A stretch of DNA of 55,169 nt from Bacteroidota bacterium (GCA_030706785.1 JAUZNW010000003.1:1-55169), one strand, 5' to 3'; shown: positions 10,401 through 19,420, counted from the stretch's first letter. Translations and numbers: made by a program. Notes: generated from the letters alone by a model not told the origin.

Positions 10401-10998
10401 CTTTCATGTCAAGAAGCTTTTTAAGATCTTCCATCTCAAGCATCTCGATCTTCTGAACCTCTGCTGAAGAACGGAAACCGTCAAAGAAATGGAGGAACGG
10501 GATCCTCGATTTAATGGCAGAAAGATGTGCCACGCCTGTAAGATCCATAATTTCCTGTACGCTTCCGCTTGCCAGCATTGCAAATCCGGTCTGCCTAGTT
10601 GCATAGACGTCGCTGTGATCACCAAAAATCGAAAGAGCATGGGCTGCAACTGTACGGGCGCTTACGTGGAAAACCCCAGGAAGCAGTTCAGCGGCAATCT
10701 TGTACATATTCGGGATCATAAGCAGCAGACCCTGTGAGGCGGTGAATGTCGAGCACAGAGATCCTGACTGCAGTGCTCCGTGAACTGCACCCGCAGCGCC
10801 GGCTTCCGATTGCATTTCAACAACCTTAACCTGCTCGCCGAATATGTTTTTTAAGCCGTTTGCGGCCCATTCGTCCACATACTCAGCCATTGTTGAGGAT
10901 GGTGTGATAGGATATATGCAGGCAACCTCGCTGAACATATATGCAACATGCGATGCGGCCTGATTCCCGTCGCATGTTATAAATTTTTTCGTTCCCAT
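7450..10998 (-). CDS. nifJ: Pyruvate:ferredoxin (flavodoxin) oxidoreductase, single-chain
   Basis: YPITPSS, two CxxCxxCxxxCP clusters, GACAGCGE, GGDGWAYDIG TPP motif; 1182 aa. Confidence 0.96.
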   Translation of the reverse strand: MGTKKFITCDGNQAASHVAYMFSEVACIYPITPSSTMAEYVDEWAANGLKNIFGEQVKVVEMQSEAGAAGAVHGALQSGSLCSTFTASQGLLLMIPNMYKIAAELLPGVFHVSARTVAAHALSIFGDHSDVYATRQTGFAMLASGSVQEIMDLTGVAHLSAIKSRIPFLHFFDGFRSSAEVQKIEMLEMEDLKKLLDMKALARFRQSAMNPEEPVTRGTAQNPDIFFQAKEAINPFYEPLPDIVNSYMAEISKLTGREYRPFTYYGAPDAENIIIAMGSVTETTKEVIDYLMAKGEKVGLVTVHLYRPFSAKYFFDVFPKSVRKISVLDRAKEPGAPGEPLFLDVKEIFYDRNERPLIIGGRYGLSSKDTTPSQMLSVFENMKLKEPKGHFTVGIIDDVTFTSLPVLPEIDVALPGTYSARFYGLGSDGTVGANKNSIKIIGDTTDKYCQAYFAYDSKKSGGLTSSHLRFGDKPIRSPYLVITPDFVACHVPSYLDKYDMLKGLKENGTFLLNSIWDAEETKKRLPDHMKKYMAVNHINFYIINATNIAEEIGLGTRTNTIMQASFFKLANVIPYEKAEAEMKKAIYKTYGRKGDEVVKMNYAAVDKGSVVEKVAIPAEWAKIEVKEVKDTRDIPEFIREVMEPMNHMKGDDLPVSAFRGREDGTFPSGTAAYEKRGIAINVPEWQPKECIQCNQCAYVCPHAVIRPFLLTEEELAKAPAGTETIQGIPGALKAYRFRIQVSVLDCTGCSNCADVCPSKNKALIMKPLETQLDEAERWNYMHEKVGYKDTVVDKFVNVKNSQFSQPLFEFSGACAGCGETPYIKAITQLFGDRMIVSNATGCSSIYGGSAPCTPYTYNSKGHGPAWANSLFEDNAEFGLGLELGSTKLRDRIARFMKEALETSIKPETKAAFEEWLKDRNLAEPSRAASAKVIAACEKEAAPVAKEILNLKKYLIKRSHWIFGGDGWAYDIGYGGLDHVIATGEDVNILVLDTEVYSNTGGQASKSTPAGAVAKFAASGKKIRKKDLGQMALSYGYVYVAQVAMGASNAQYLKAIKEAEAYPGPSLIIAYAPCINHGLREGMGKTQAQEKFAVEAGYWHLYRYNPQLEKEGKNPFTLDSKEPDWSKFQEFLNSEVRYTSLRKSFPEEAEVLFKAAEENAKWRYKSYQRLAAMVYEQAQAEVK

Positions 10999-11047
10999 TT
11001 TAAATATTTTATTTTACGATCCTGGTTTATATCTGTAAAAGAAAGTG

Positions 11048-11055
11048 CAAAGTTA
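11048..11055 (-). promoter_or_regulatory. -7 promoter element for PFOR
   Basis: TAACTTTG on minus strand, 49 nt upstream of ATG. Confidence 0.7.
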
Positions 11056-11072
11056 TTAAATTTATTTATCCG

Positions 11073-12893
11073 TTAACCTCCGTTCATTGAAACCAGGAAC
11101 TCTTCATTCGATCTAGACTGCATCAGCCTGTCACGCAGGAATTCCATTGCTTCAATGGAGTTCATGTCGGCAAGGTAATTACGCAATACCCAGATCTTCT
11201 GAAGGATATTTTTGTTAAGCAGGAGGTCCTCACGCCGGGTGCTCGAGGCAGGTATATCAATTGAAGGGAAAATTCTCCTGTTGGAGAGCTTTCGGTCAAG
11301 CTGAAGCTCCATATTACCGGTACCCTTGAATTCCTCAAAGATCACATCATCCATTTTGGAACCCGTTTCTGTAAGGGCGGTAGCTATAATTGTCAGTGAG
11401 CCTCCATTCTCTATGTTTCTGGCTGCTCCGAAGAATCGTTTTGGCTTGTGCAGGGCATTGGAGTCAACACCTCCTGAAAGCACCTTTCCTGAAGCCGGGG
11501 CCGTAGTATTGAAAGCTCTTGCAAGACGGGTTATTGAATCAAGAAGGATCACAACATCATGGCCACATTCGACAAGCCGCTTTGCTTTTTCAAGCACTAT
11601 ATTTGCGATCCGGCAGTGTCTTTCAGCAGGTTCGTCGAACGTTGAGGCGATAACTTCAGCATTGACGTTCCTTGCCATGTCGGTAACTTCCTCAGGTCTT
11701 TCATCAATGAGAAGTATCATTAGGTAAACATCAGGATGATATTTTGCGATGGCATTCGCGACTTCCTGCAGGAGGATTGTTTTTCCTGTCTTCGGCTGGG
11801 CAACGATGAGCCCGCGCTGTCCTTTTCCGATGGGCGAGAACATGTCGATGACCCTTACCGATAATGAGCCCTCACCCGGTGAACAGAGGGTGAATTTTTC
11901 ATTTGGGAACAGCGGGGTCAGATAGTCAAACGGAACCCTGTCCCTTATGAAATCAGGACTTCTCCCGTTGATTTCCTCCACCTTAATAAGAGGAAAATAC
12001 TTTTCACCTTCCTTGGGCGGGCGGATGGATCCCTTGATGGTATCACCTGTTTTAAGACCGAAAAGTTTGATCTGAGACTGTGATACATAGATGTCATCGG
12101 GTGAGTTAAGATAGTTGTAATCCGGCGACCTCAGGAAGCCATATCCGTCAGGCATTATCTCAAGAACCCCGGTATTGTAAATGATCCCTTCAAACTCGTA
12201 GGGCTTTTCCTTTTTTTCTTCCTTAACCTGCTGATCCTCCGGAACAATTTCTTTTTCAGGCTGCTCCGGCAAGAAGTCTTCCTGTACGACCTCAACAACA
12301 GGCTTGGGTTCATCAAACAAAGGTTCTTCTTCACTCAGAGGAAGTGTACTTTCGACCAACAGATCCGACTTATCATCCTCATCCTTAAAAGGTTCTTCCT
12401 CCTTGACGACCTCTTCCTTCACCTGTTTCTTTTCATCGGATTTTCTTTCAGGAGACCACCTCGGAGCCCTTATTTCTTCATTCTCCTGATCTGATTCTGC
12501 AAAAAGATCGGGTTTTTCTTCCCCTCTCTCAGGCCTTACTGTCGGTTCCCTGTGTTCAGTAACCGGAGTTTCCGGTCTCCTGAGATCATCAGGGGAAACA
12601 GACATGACTGACTCTACAGGCCGGTTGAAAGCTGGTTTAACGGTTCTGGGACGTTTCCCTCTTCGTTGACCAGGTTCTCTTTGTTGTTTTCTGGGCTCTT
12701 CCATGAGATTGGTATTTTTATTTTCGGAGATGGTGTTTTTCTTCTTTTCGGTAGCTTCGATCGCTTGCTGATCAAGGATTTTATAGATCAGATCCTGCTT
12801 TTTCAGCAACTCCGTTCGTTTGATTTTTAGTTCTTTTGCTATTTCCCTTAATTCAGGAAGGAGTTTATTGCTTAATTCAAGAATGTCGTACAT
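11073..12893 (-). CDS. rho: Transcription termination factor Rho with long N-terminal insertion
   Basis: [24 protein letters not shown], Walker [29 protein letters not shown]. Confidence 0.97.
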   Translation of the reverse strand: MYDILELSNKLLPELREIAKELKIKRTELLKKQDLIYKILDQQAIEATEKKKNTISENKNTNLMEEPRKQQREPGQRRGKRPRTVKPAFNRPVESVMSVSPDDLRRPETPVTEHREPTVRPERGEEKPDLFAESDQENEEIRAPRWSPERKSDEKKQVKEEVVKEEEPFKDEDDKSDLLVESTLPLSEEEPLFDEPKPVVEVVQEDFLPEQPEKEIVPEDQQVKEEKKEKPYEFEGIIYNTGVLEIMPDGYGFLRSPDYNYLNSPDDIYVSQSQIKLFGLKTGDTIKGSIRPPKEGEKYFPLIKVEEINGRSPDFIRDRVPFDYLTPLFPNEKFTLCSPGEGSLSVRVIDMFSPIGKGQRGLIVAQPKTGKTILLQEVANAIAKYHPDVYLMILLIDERPEEVTDMARNVNAEVIASTFDEPAERHCRIANIVLEKAKRLVECGHDVVILLDSITRLARAFNTTAPASGKVLSGGVDSNALHKPKRFFGAARNIENGGSLTIIATALTETGSKMDDVIFEEFKGTGNMELQLDRKLSNRRIFPSIDIPASSTRREDLLLNKNILQKIWVLRNYLADMNSIEAMEFLRDRLMQSRSNEEFLVSMNGG

Positions 12894-13011
12894 AATATAG
12901 ATTAAAGATAACTGAGATTAAAATGATAATGATTTGTTCTGGATTACCGGACTAGGAATGACGCTTAGCCCGCCGGAATATGCAACAGCTACTTTACATA
13001 TTTTAACCGGG

Positions 13012-13019
13012 CAAAATTA
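13012..13019 (-). promoter_or_regulatory. -7 promoter element for rho
   Basis: TAATTTTG on minus strand; implies a ~110-nt leader. Confidence 0.65.
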
Positions 13020-13236
13020 AATAAAATAATTATCAAATATGTTAACAATGAAAAAAAGCTTGGGGTATTTATGCAATAATAATTCTGACATTCAGCAGTG
13101 AGAATGTCAACTGCAATTTAGATTAAAACTCCGGTTTGACAAAAATATTTTTATATAATGTGCGATTTTAGAGTTTTTTTTTATTAAAATTGTACGCTAA
13201 GCCACGAATTTACGACCTAACCCACTGTGCCTGTCC

Positions 13237-14100
13237 ATGCGCCAGCTAAAGATAACAAAACAGGTTACTAATCGTGACACTCCGTCGCTGGATAAATACC
13301 TTCAGGAGATAGGGCGCGTTGATCTGATTTCACCGGAAGAGGAAGTCACACTTGCACGAAGAATAAAATCAGGTGATGCCGAAGCTCTGTCAAAGCTTGT
13401 CAAATCCAATCTTCGCTTTGTGGTCTCAGTCGCAAAACAGTATCAGAACCAGGGAATGGGACTCCCCGATCTTATTAACGAAGGCAACCTGGGACTGATG
13501 AAGGCGGCTCAGCGCTTTGATGAAACAAGAGGATTCAAATTTATTTCTTACGCCGTGTGGTGGATCAGGCAGGCTATCCTTCAGGCTCTGGCCGAACAGG
13601 CACGCATCGTTCGCCTTCCGGTAAACAAGATAGGATCAATAAACAGGATAAACAAAGCGTTTGCGAAACTTGAACAGGAATTTGAGCGTGAGCCGTCATC
13701 CCAGGAAATAGCCGATATACTTGAAATGATCCCTGAAGATGTCAAGGAATCCCTCAAAACAAATGGAAGGACAATAAGCATGGATGCACCTATCAGCTCC
13801 GAGGAAGAGAATACCATGTACGATGTGATGCAGAATCCCGATACACCAAGTCCTGACAAAAACCTTATAAATGAATCACTTGCATATGAGATAGAGCGTG
13901 CCCTCAGCTCCCTTTCCCAGCGTGAGGCGAAAGTACTTAAACTTTATTTCGGGCTTGGCATGAAGCATCCTTTCACTCTTGAGGAGATAGGAGAGGAACT
14001 TAAACTTACCCGGGAACGGGTCCGGCAGATCAAGGAAAAAGCCATCAAGCGGATCCAGTTCACCACCAGGTGCAAGATCCTTAAAACATACCTGGGTTAA
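13237..14100 (+). CDS. rpoD: RNA polymerase sigma factor, Bacteroidota primary-type (no region 1.1)
   Basis: MRQLKITK start, [39 protein letters not shown]; 287 aa. Confidence 0.85.
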   Translation: MRQLKITKQVTNRDTPSLDKYLQEIGRVDLISPEEEVTLARRIKSGDAEALSKLVKSNLRFVVSVAKQYQNQGMGLPDLINEGNLGLMKAAQRFDETRGFKFISYAVWWIRQAILQALAEQARIVRLPVNKIGSINRINKAFAKLEQEFEREPSSQEIADILEMIPEDVKESLKTNGRTISMDAPISSEEENTMYDVMQNPDTPSPDKNLINESLAYEIERALSSLSQREAKVLKLYFGLGMKHPFTLEEIGEELKLTRERVRQIKEKAIKRIQFTTRCKILKTYLG

Positions 14101-14120
14101 TACCTGTTGAATATTTGTCC

Positions 14121-14128
14121 TATATTTG
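14121..14128 (+). promoter_or_regulatory. -7 promoter element for rpe
   Basis: TATATTTG 16 nt before ATG. Confidence 0.65.
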
Positions 14129-14144
14129 TTAAAAACCTTGCCGG

Positions 14145-14798
14145 ATGAACCATCTTGTGTCTTCCTCGTTGCTGGCTTCTGACTTTCTTAATCTTGGAAA
14201 TGAAGTGACAATGGTCAATAAAAGCCTTGCCGACTGGATTCACCTTGATATTATGGATGGAGTCTTCGTGCCGAATATATCATTCGGACTGCCTGTTGTG
14301 GAACACGTTAAGAAAATCGCTGAAAAGCCTCTCGATGTTCACCTCATGATCATTGATCCCGACAGGTACCTTTCACGCTTTCATGATGCTGGAGCGAATA
14401 TTCTTACAGTTCAGTATGAAGCCTGCGTTCATCTTCAGCGAACCGTTACAGAGATAAGGAGACTCGGTATGAGGGCAGGCGTTGCAATAAACCCGCATAC
14501 CCCTGTTTCGCTTCTGGTAAACACTCTTCCGTTTATCGATATGGTCCTTATCATGACTGTCAACCCGGGATTTGGTGGACAAATATTTATTCCGGAATGC
14601 TATAACAAGATCAGGGATTTAAAGAAAATGATCCACGATGGAGGATATAAAGTCCTTATTGAAACTGATGGGGGCATAGACACTACCAATGCAACAAAGC
14701 TTGTGGAAACAGGAGTGGATGTGCTCGTCGCAGGGCACTCGATCTTCAGTTCTCAAAATCCAACCGAAACCATCCGGAAGCTGAAAACGCTTAAATAG
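14145..14798 (+). CDS. rpe: Ribulose-phosphate 3-epimerase
   Basis: HLDIMDGVFVPN, DVHLMI, MTVNPGFGGQ, DGG motifs. Confidence 0.96.
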   Translation: MNHLVSSSLLASDFLNLGNEVTMVNKSLADWIHLDIMDGVFVPNISFGLPVVEHVKKIAEKPLDVHLMIIDPDRYLSRFHDAGANILTVQYEACVHLQRTVTEIRRLGMRAGVAINPHTPVSLLVNTLPFIDMVLIMTVNPGFGGQIFIPECYNKIRDLKKMIHDGGYKVLIETDGGIDTTNATKLVETGVDVLVAGHSIFSSQNPTETIRKLKTLK

Positions 14799-14827
14799 GG
14801 CGACAGGCGACAGGCAACAGGCAACAG
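14799..14827. repeat. Heptamer tandem array GGCRACA x4
   Basis: ggcgaca ggcgaca ggcaaca ggcaaca, starting at the base after the rpe stop. Confidence 0.75.
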
Positions 14828-14850
14828 TATCTTAACAGACTTTACAAACT

Positions 14851-15756
14851 TTAAGACTTAATAACCTCTTCAATAAACGAAATAATCTTTCCAACATTGT
14901 CAGGACTGAACCACCTGATCTCGTGATCCCTGCTCCACCAGGTCATCTGTCTTTTTGCATATCTCCGGCTGTTCCTCTTGATCAGCTCTATCGCTTTTGC
15001 TCTTGAGACCTTCCCTTCGAAAAAGTCAAAGAATTCCCTGTAACCGACTGTCCTTAAAGGATTAAGGTGCTTATATTGAAGAAGGTTTTGCGTCTCTTCC
15101 TCGAGACCGTTATTAATCATTGAATCAACCCTTGAGTCAATCTCTTTGTAAAGTTCAGCTCTTGGTTTCTGAAGGCCGATTTTAATAATGCCAAAGTTTC
15201 TTTCTACCTTCTTCCTGGTAAGAAAAGAGGAGTACGGGCGTCCTGTAGATTCGATTATCTCAAGTGCCCTTATTATGCGTTTAGGATTCTGCAGATCAAT
15301 CCTTGCATAATGCTCGGGATCGAGCAGCTTGAGTTCTGTCCTAAGTCCTTCTATCCCTTCGTTCTTACACCTGGAATTGTATTTCTCCCTGATTGCAGGA
15401 TCAATATCCGGAATATCGTCAATCCCGTTGCATACGGCATCAACATACATACCCGACCCGCCTGTCATTACGGCTACCCTGTGTACGGCAAAAACTGAGG
15501 GGAGGAGTTCCAGTACAGCTCTTTCGTAAAGGCTCGCGCTGAAGTATTCATTGACTGACAGGAACCTGATGAAATGATGTCTGACCCTATTCAGCTGATC
15601 TTCTGACGGGACAGCTGTTCCTATTATCATTTCCCTGTAGAACTGGCGTGAATCGGCAGAAATGATCTCGGTTCCGAAATGAGCTGCGATTTCAACGGAG
15701 ACTGTTGTCTTACCGACTCCGGTAGGACCAACTATAACTATAAGGATATTTTTCAT
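14851..15756 (-). CDS. miaA: tRNA dimethylallyltransferase
   Basis: GPTGVGKT, ISADSRQ, GGSGMY, RIIRALE, YAKRQMTW. Confidence 0.97.
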   Translation of the reverse strand: MKNILIVIVGPTGVGKTTVSVEIAAHFGTEIISADSRQFYREMIIGTAVPSEDQLNRVRHHFIRFLSVNEYFSASLYERAVLELLPSVFAVHRVAVMTGGSGMYVDAVCNGIDDIPDIDPAIREKYNSRCKNEGIEGLRTELKLLDPEHYARIDLQNPKRIIRALEIIESTGRPYSSFLTRKKVERNFGIIKIGLQKPRAELYKEIDSRVDSMINNGLEEETQNLLQYKHLNPLRTVGYREFFDFFEGKVSRAKAIELIKRNSRRYAKRQMTWWSRDHEIRWFSPDNVGKIISFIEEVIKS

Positions 15757-15774
15757 TACTCTGAACAGGAAAGA

Positions 15775-16332
15775 CTATTCGTCTTCTTCGTTCAGGTTTT
15801 CGATGTTGTCAAAATCAGGAAGCGATTCTTCGTCTTCACCATTCAGGAAAAGATCGTCGACCTCGGATTCTTCCTCATCCTCCTCATCATCCGAAACAAC
15901 TATATTGTTATACAATTTGCGTGAGCTGTTCCCGAAGACAACTTGTTTAGGAGGAACACTTTTGGAATTTGTGCAGATAGGATATTCGCGTGACTCAATT
16001 TCTTTAGTTTCGCCGGTATATTCCACAAAAAGAGCCCTGTCGTTGAAGAAGTCGAAAACGTATAGTAATTTCTGGTTTTTTCTGAAGATAATGTCCTCAA
16101 GGACAGCTGTTTCCATTGTAGAGGAACCAGTTCCCATGTCGAATAGAGTAAACTCCTCTTCTTTTTCCCAGTTGTCGGTTGCCAGGAAAAAAGAAGCCAT
16201 TTGCGATTTATCGTATTCCAGCTCTTCCTGAAGGATATTATGGAAGTCCAGTAACGTCTGCGAGTCAAGGAATTCAAACTCCCTCACAAATGACTCATCT
16301 TCATCTGATAACACTACAAATTTATAAACCAT
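15775..16332 (-). CDS. pRiA4b ORF-3 / IS1096 passenger TnpR-like protein with acidic tail
   Basis: FVREFE..TLLDFH..ASFF..W..LLYVFDF pattern recognised from this family; very D/E-rich C-terminus. Confidence 0.65.
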   Translation of the reverse strand: MVYKFVVLSDEDESFVREFEFLDSQTLLDFHNILQEELEYDKSQMASFFLATDNWEKEEEFTLFDMGTGSSTMETAVLEDIIFRKNQKLLYVFDFFNDRALFVEYTGETKEIESREYPICTNSKSVPPKQVVFGNSSRKLYNNIVVSDDEEDEEESEVDDLFLNGEDEESLPDFDNIENLNEEDE

Positions 16333-16373
16333 ATCAGTCTTGATTCGACGGGTGCAATATAATATTTTTTATT

Positions 16374-17417
16374 TTACAATATCCGCGCACTATTTTTTTT
16401 TAGAAGAAATTCTAAAGTGTCGATACCATCGGCATAGTCCCATAATCGAGGCGATTGCGCACTTCCAAATGGTACTCGTTCCCTGCTAACAATACATTGT
16501 ATTTTATCCTTATCTTCTTCGGCCTTTTCCCATGCATCATCTAAAGTTTTGAAGTGCTCATAGTAGAGAACCGAAACCGGTGATCCCAGATTACCCGATT
16601 CTTTCATAAGCAAGTATCCCGTGTCGAGAAATTCCTCCCTGTTTACGAGATATATTGCCTTATTATAATCGTAGTTGTTGGCGTACTTATTATGGCCAGT
16701 CATCCAGCAGTATTGCTCCCAGTTTGAGGCCATTCCTGCAACATCATATCCTTCAGGGACAAATACTTTTGATACACTACGGCAGCCCAGACCGAAATAT
16801 GTGAAAATGTCGGATCCCAAAAGTTTAAGTTCATCGCTGGTTTCATCTCCTTCAATTATTGCGATGCTGTTTCTGTTTCTCCTTATTATGTGGGGGTACT
16901 TTCCGAAATAGTACTCAAAATAGCGGGAGCTATTATTACTGCCTGTTGCAATTACTGCATCAAAATCCTTCATCAGACCGTCAGTGAAGGTCATCTTCTC
17001 TCTGAATCCTGAATTGATTTCAATCAGTATGTTGCCAATGAACACTATCAGATCAGGGTCCTGGGAACTGGTTTTCGCGATTATGTTACTGCCAGTAATG
17101 AGAACTGAAAGAAAATCGTGGAAGCCAGCAAGAGGTATATTCCCTGCCATGACCACACCAACATTTGTCGGAGAGATTTCTGAATCCAGGGTAGGATAAT
17201 TATCTGTCCATTTTTTAAGGTATTCATGAGTCAGTTCACCCGCGATAGAATTTAGTGCAGTCCTTACATTTTCAGGCGTGAACCATGGATTCCTTAACTG
17301 CTGTTTATTTATCAGCTTCTCAAGTGCAGAGGAATATTCCGTTTCAATCCCTTTGAGGCTGTTCCGGAGGATCCGGCCAAGTTCGGCAAATGATTCGATT
17401 CTTTCTGTCAGAGTCAT
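16374..17417 (-). CDS. Acyl-CoA reductase (LuxC-like)
   Basis: NPWFT, MAGNIPLAG, VIATGS, YFGLGCRSVSK with catalytic-type Cys; start moved to ATG 17417 because TAATTTTG lies at 17436-17443. Confidence 0.85.
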   Translation of the reverse strand: MTLTERIESFAELGRILRNSLKGIETEYSSALEKLINKQQLRNPWFTPENVRTALNSIAGELTHEYLKKWTDNYPTLDSEISPTNVGVVMAGNIPLAGFHDFLSVLITGSNIIAKTSSQDPDLIVFIGNILIEINSGFREKMTFTDGLMKDFDAVIATGSNNSSRYFEYYFGKYPHIIRRNRNSIAIIEGDETSDELKLLGSDIFTYFGLGCRSVSKVFVPEGYDVAGMASNWEQYCWMTGHNKYANNYDYNKAIYLVNREEFLDTGYLLMKESGNLGSPVSVLYYEHFKTLDDAWEKAEEDKDKIQCIVSRERVPFGSAQSPRLWDYADGIDTLEFLLKKNSARIL

Positions 17418-17451
17418 CCGGTAATGATTATGGTGCAAAATTAAAGAAATA

Positions 17452-17570
17452 CATGAACTCACTCCCAAATCTCCTCTATACTACGCAATGAGAAGACTTA
17501 TTGTATTATAAATCAATTCATTTTCCCTACTATAAGCAAGTAGAGAGAAGTACAAAGGCGTAAGTTCATG
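17452..17570. repeat. Degenerate REP-doublet / MITE-like element with terminal inverted repeats
   Basis: CATGAACTCAC ... GTAAGTTCATG (10/11 complementary) with decayed internal CTCT..AGAG palindromes. Confidence 0.5.
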
Positions 17571-17574
17571 AAAT

Positions 17575-17603
17575 AAAAAAACTGACCCCTGGCGGAGTCA
17601 GTT
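17575..17603 (-). terminator. Intrinsic terminator after M56-TonB gene
   Basis: Minus strand AACTGACTCC-GCCA-GGGGTCAGTT plus T-tract. Confidence 0.8.
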
Positions 17604-17631
17604 ATAAGCTTATGAAATTGTGCTGCTGAAA

Positions 17632-18897
17632 TTAATTTAGTGCAAAATTTATCGGAATCATGAACCATACCGGGACAGCCTTTCCATCCTTGATTCCTGG
17701 CTTTTCAAAAGCAGGCATCGTTTGAACAACTCTGAAAGCTTCCATGTCCAGCTCCGGATCAACTCCTTTCAGGATGGACACATTATCCACACTCCCGTCA
17801 GTTTCAACTGCAAATCTGACGGTAACCTTTCCCTGGATCCCCTTGGTCTTGGCATTTTCAGGATATTTTACGTTCTCCTTTATATATTTGAGGATACCTG
17901 CATCTCCGCCTGGGAATACAGGCAATACATCGACTACAGTAAAGACACTGTCTGATTTAGCGGTACTTACAGGAGGTGGTGGTGGCGGGGGAGGAGCAAC
18001 TTCTGTCGGAACCGGTACTTTATTTGTTTTGTTGCAGGCGGCAATGAAAAACATTATCCCCGCAATCACCGGCAATACCATAATCAACTTCAGGTTTGCC
18101 AGAGCATTTGAACGTTTCTTTGTCATCATGATCATTCGTTTTTTAATAAGTGAAGGATTTGAAAAGCTGTTTGAAATTGAGAAAATGCTGGATTTGAAAA
18201 CCTGCCGGAGGATAAGTTGCTGGTAACTGACAACCGACATCCCATAATTCAGGCACTCATTGTCAGCCTGGTACTCATGCACTGCGCGCAGTGATCTGCC
18301 GAGCAGATGGGCTGCCGGATTGAACCACTGCAATACCATGACAAATTCAGCCAGCAGAATGTCGTAAGAATGATGGTGGTTGAGATGATTCTGCTCATGT
18401 CTGATTATTTCCTCCTCTTCCTCAGGCGACAGGCTGTCATTGACGAAAATATAACCGAATGCTGAGAATCCCGCTGTCCTTAATCCATTGAACCTTATGA
18501 TATGGCTTCCCACGGTTCCCCGGCGATGTATCAGAAGCATCAGCCCGGCCGAATCGAGAATAAATTTAAATCCTGCAAGTATTAAACCGGTTATGTAAAC
18601 AATGAAAATCCACCCGTAAGCGTCAGTTATATTGAAACTCTTCACATTGGGAAAACCGGCATTGCTATTTCCTGTTACAAAAATTTCTGACAACTCCTTT
18701 CCGAAAATCTGAAAGCTGACAGTCCTGTTCGTGTGAAAAGTATAAAAAGGCAGGATCAGGGAAAACACAAGTGATGAAATGATGTAGATCCTGTTTCTCA
18801 GGTAGAGTGTGTCCTTCCCAAGTAAGGTTTTGTAAACAACGTAAAAGCCGGCAAGGTAGAATGCAGTCTTTAGCATGTATATCAGAAGTGCGTTCAT
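17632..18897 (-). CDS. M56 (BlaR1-like) metallopeptidase fused to TonB C-terminal domain
   Basis: HEQNH zinc motif, WFNP, HEYQAD, KKRM, poly-Pro linker, YPENAK..GIQGKV TonB_C motif; start overlaps blaI stop (ATGA). Confidence 0.88.
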   Translation of the reverse strand: MNALLIYMLKTAFYLAGFYVVYKTLLGKDTLYLRNRIYIISSLVFSLILPFYTFHTNRTVSFQIFGKELSEIFVTGNSNAGFPNVKSFNITDAYGWIFIVYITGLILAGFKFILDSAGLMLLIHRRGTVGSHIIRFNGLRTAGFSAFGYIFVNDSLSPEEEEEIIRHEQNHLNHHHSYDILLAEFVMVLQWFNPAAHLLGRSLRAVHEYQADNECLNYGMSVVSYQQLILRQVFKSSIFSISNSFSNPSLIKKRMIMMTKKRSNALANLKLIMVLPVIAGIMFFIAACNKTNKVPVPTEVAPPPPPPPPVSTAKSDSVFTVVDVLPVFPGGDAGILKYIKENVKYPENAKTKGIQGKVTVRFAVETDGSVDNVSILKGVDPELDMEAFRVVQTMPAFEKPGIKDGKAVPVWFMIPINFALN

Positions 18898-19274
18898 CTG
18901 AGCTCCTTTTGTTTTTTAACTTCAGTCTCCATGATTCTCATGATCTCCTCCATTTCCCTGACGGATAATCTCTTCTCCTTGGCAAAGAAGCTGACCATCT
19001 TCTCGAATGAATTGGAAAAATAATCCTGGACAAAATTGCTAAGATGGGTTTTTGAGTACTCACTTTTTGAAGTCAGAGGAAAATACTCGTGCGTTCTGCC
19101 GTAAGCTTTATGATCGACAAAACCCTTGTCCTGCAATATCCTTACAATGGTACTTACTGTATTATAAGCAGGTTTCGGATCATCAAAATGCTCCAGGATA
19201 TCCTTAACAAATCCCCTCTTTATCTTCCAGAGCACCTGCATTACCTGTTCCTCTGCGCGGGTTAGTTCTCTCAT
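18894..19274 (-). CDS. BlaI/MecI/CopY family repressor
   Basis: LTRAEEQVMQVLW, AYNTVSTIVRIL..KGFV. Confidence 0.92.
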   Translation of the reverse strand: MRELTRAEEQVMQVLWKIKRGFVKDILEHFDDPKPAYNTVSTIVRILQDKGFVDHKAYGRTHEYFPLTSKSEYSKTHLSNFVQDYFSNSFEKMVSFFAKEKRLSVREMEEIMRIMETEVKKQKELR

Positions 19275-19380
19275 TTTTAAGATATTTGGTTTAATGTTCC
19301 CCGGTTTAATTTTATGTTCTTCCTGAAGCCTCCTCAGGGGGATTGGTGGATCAGGATTCAGATCTAAGAATTTCTTACAT

Positions 19381-19420
19381 CAAATATACAACGAAAATTT
19401 TAGTTATACAACTAAATTGT
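19381..19420 (-). promoter_or_regulatory. blaI promoter -7 element overlapped by candidate BlaI operator
   Basis: TATATTTG (minus, 19381-19388); imperfect palindrome TACAACGAAAATTTTAGTTATA 19387-19408; further half-site TACAACTAAA at 19407. Confidence 0.6.

Noticed and set aside
15775-16332. Possible IS or plasmid element
   Set aside because: No transposase, terminal repeats or target duplication; sits in an operon-like context with miaA
16374-17417. Bioluminescence locus
   Set aside because: Only a LuxC-like gene; no luxA/B/D/E in the window
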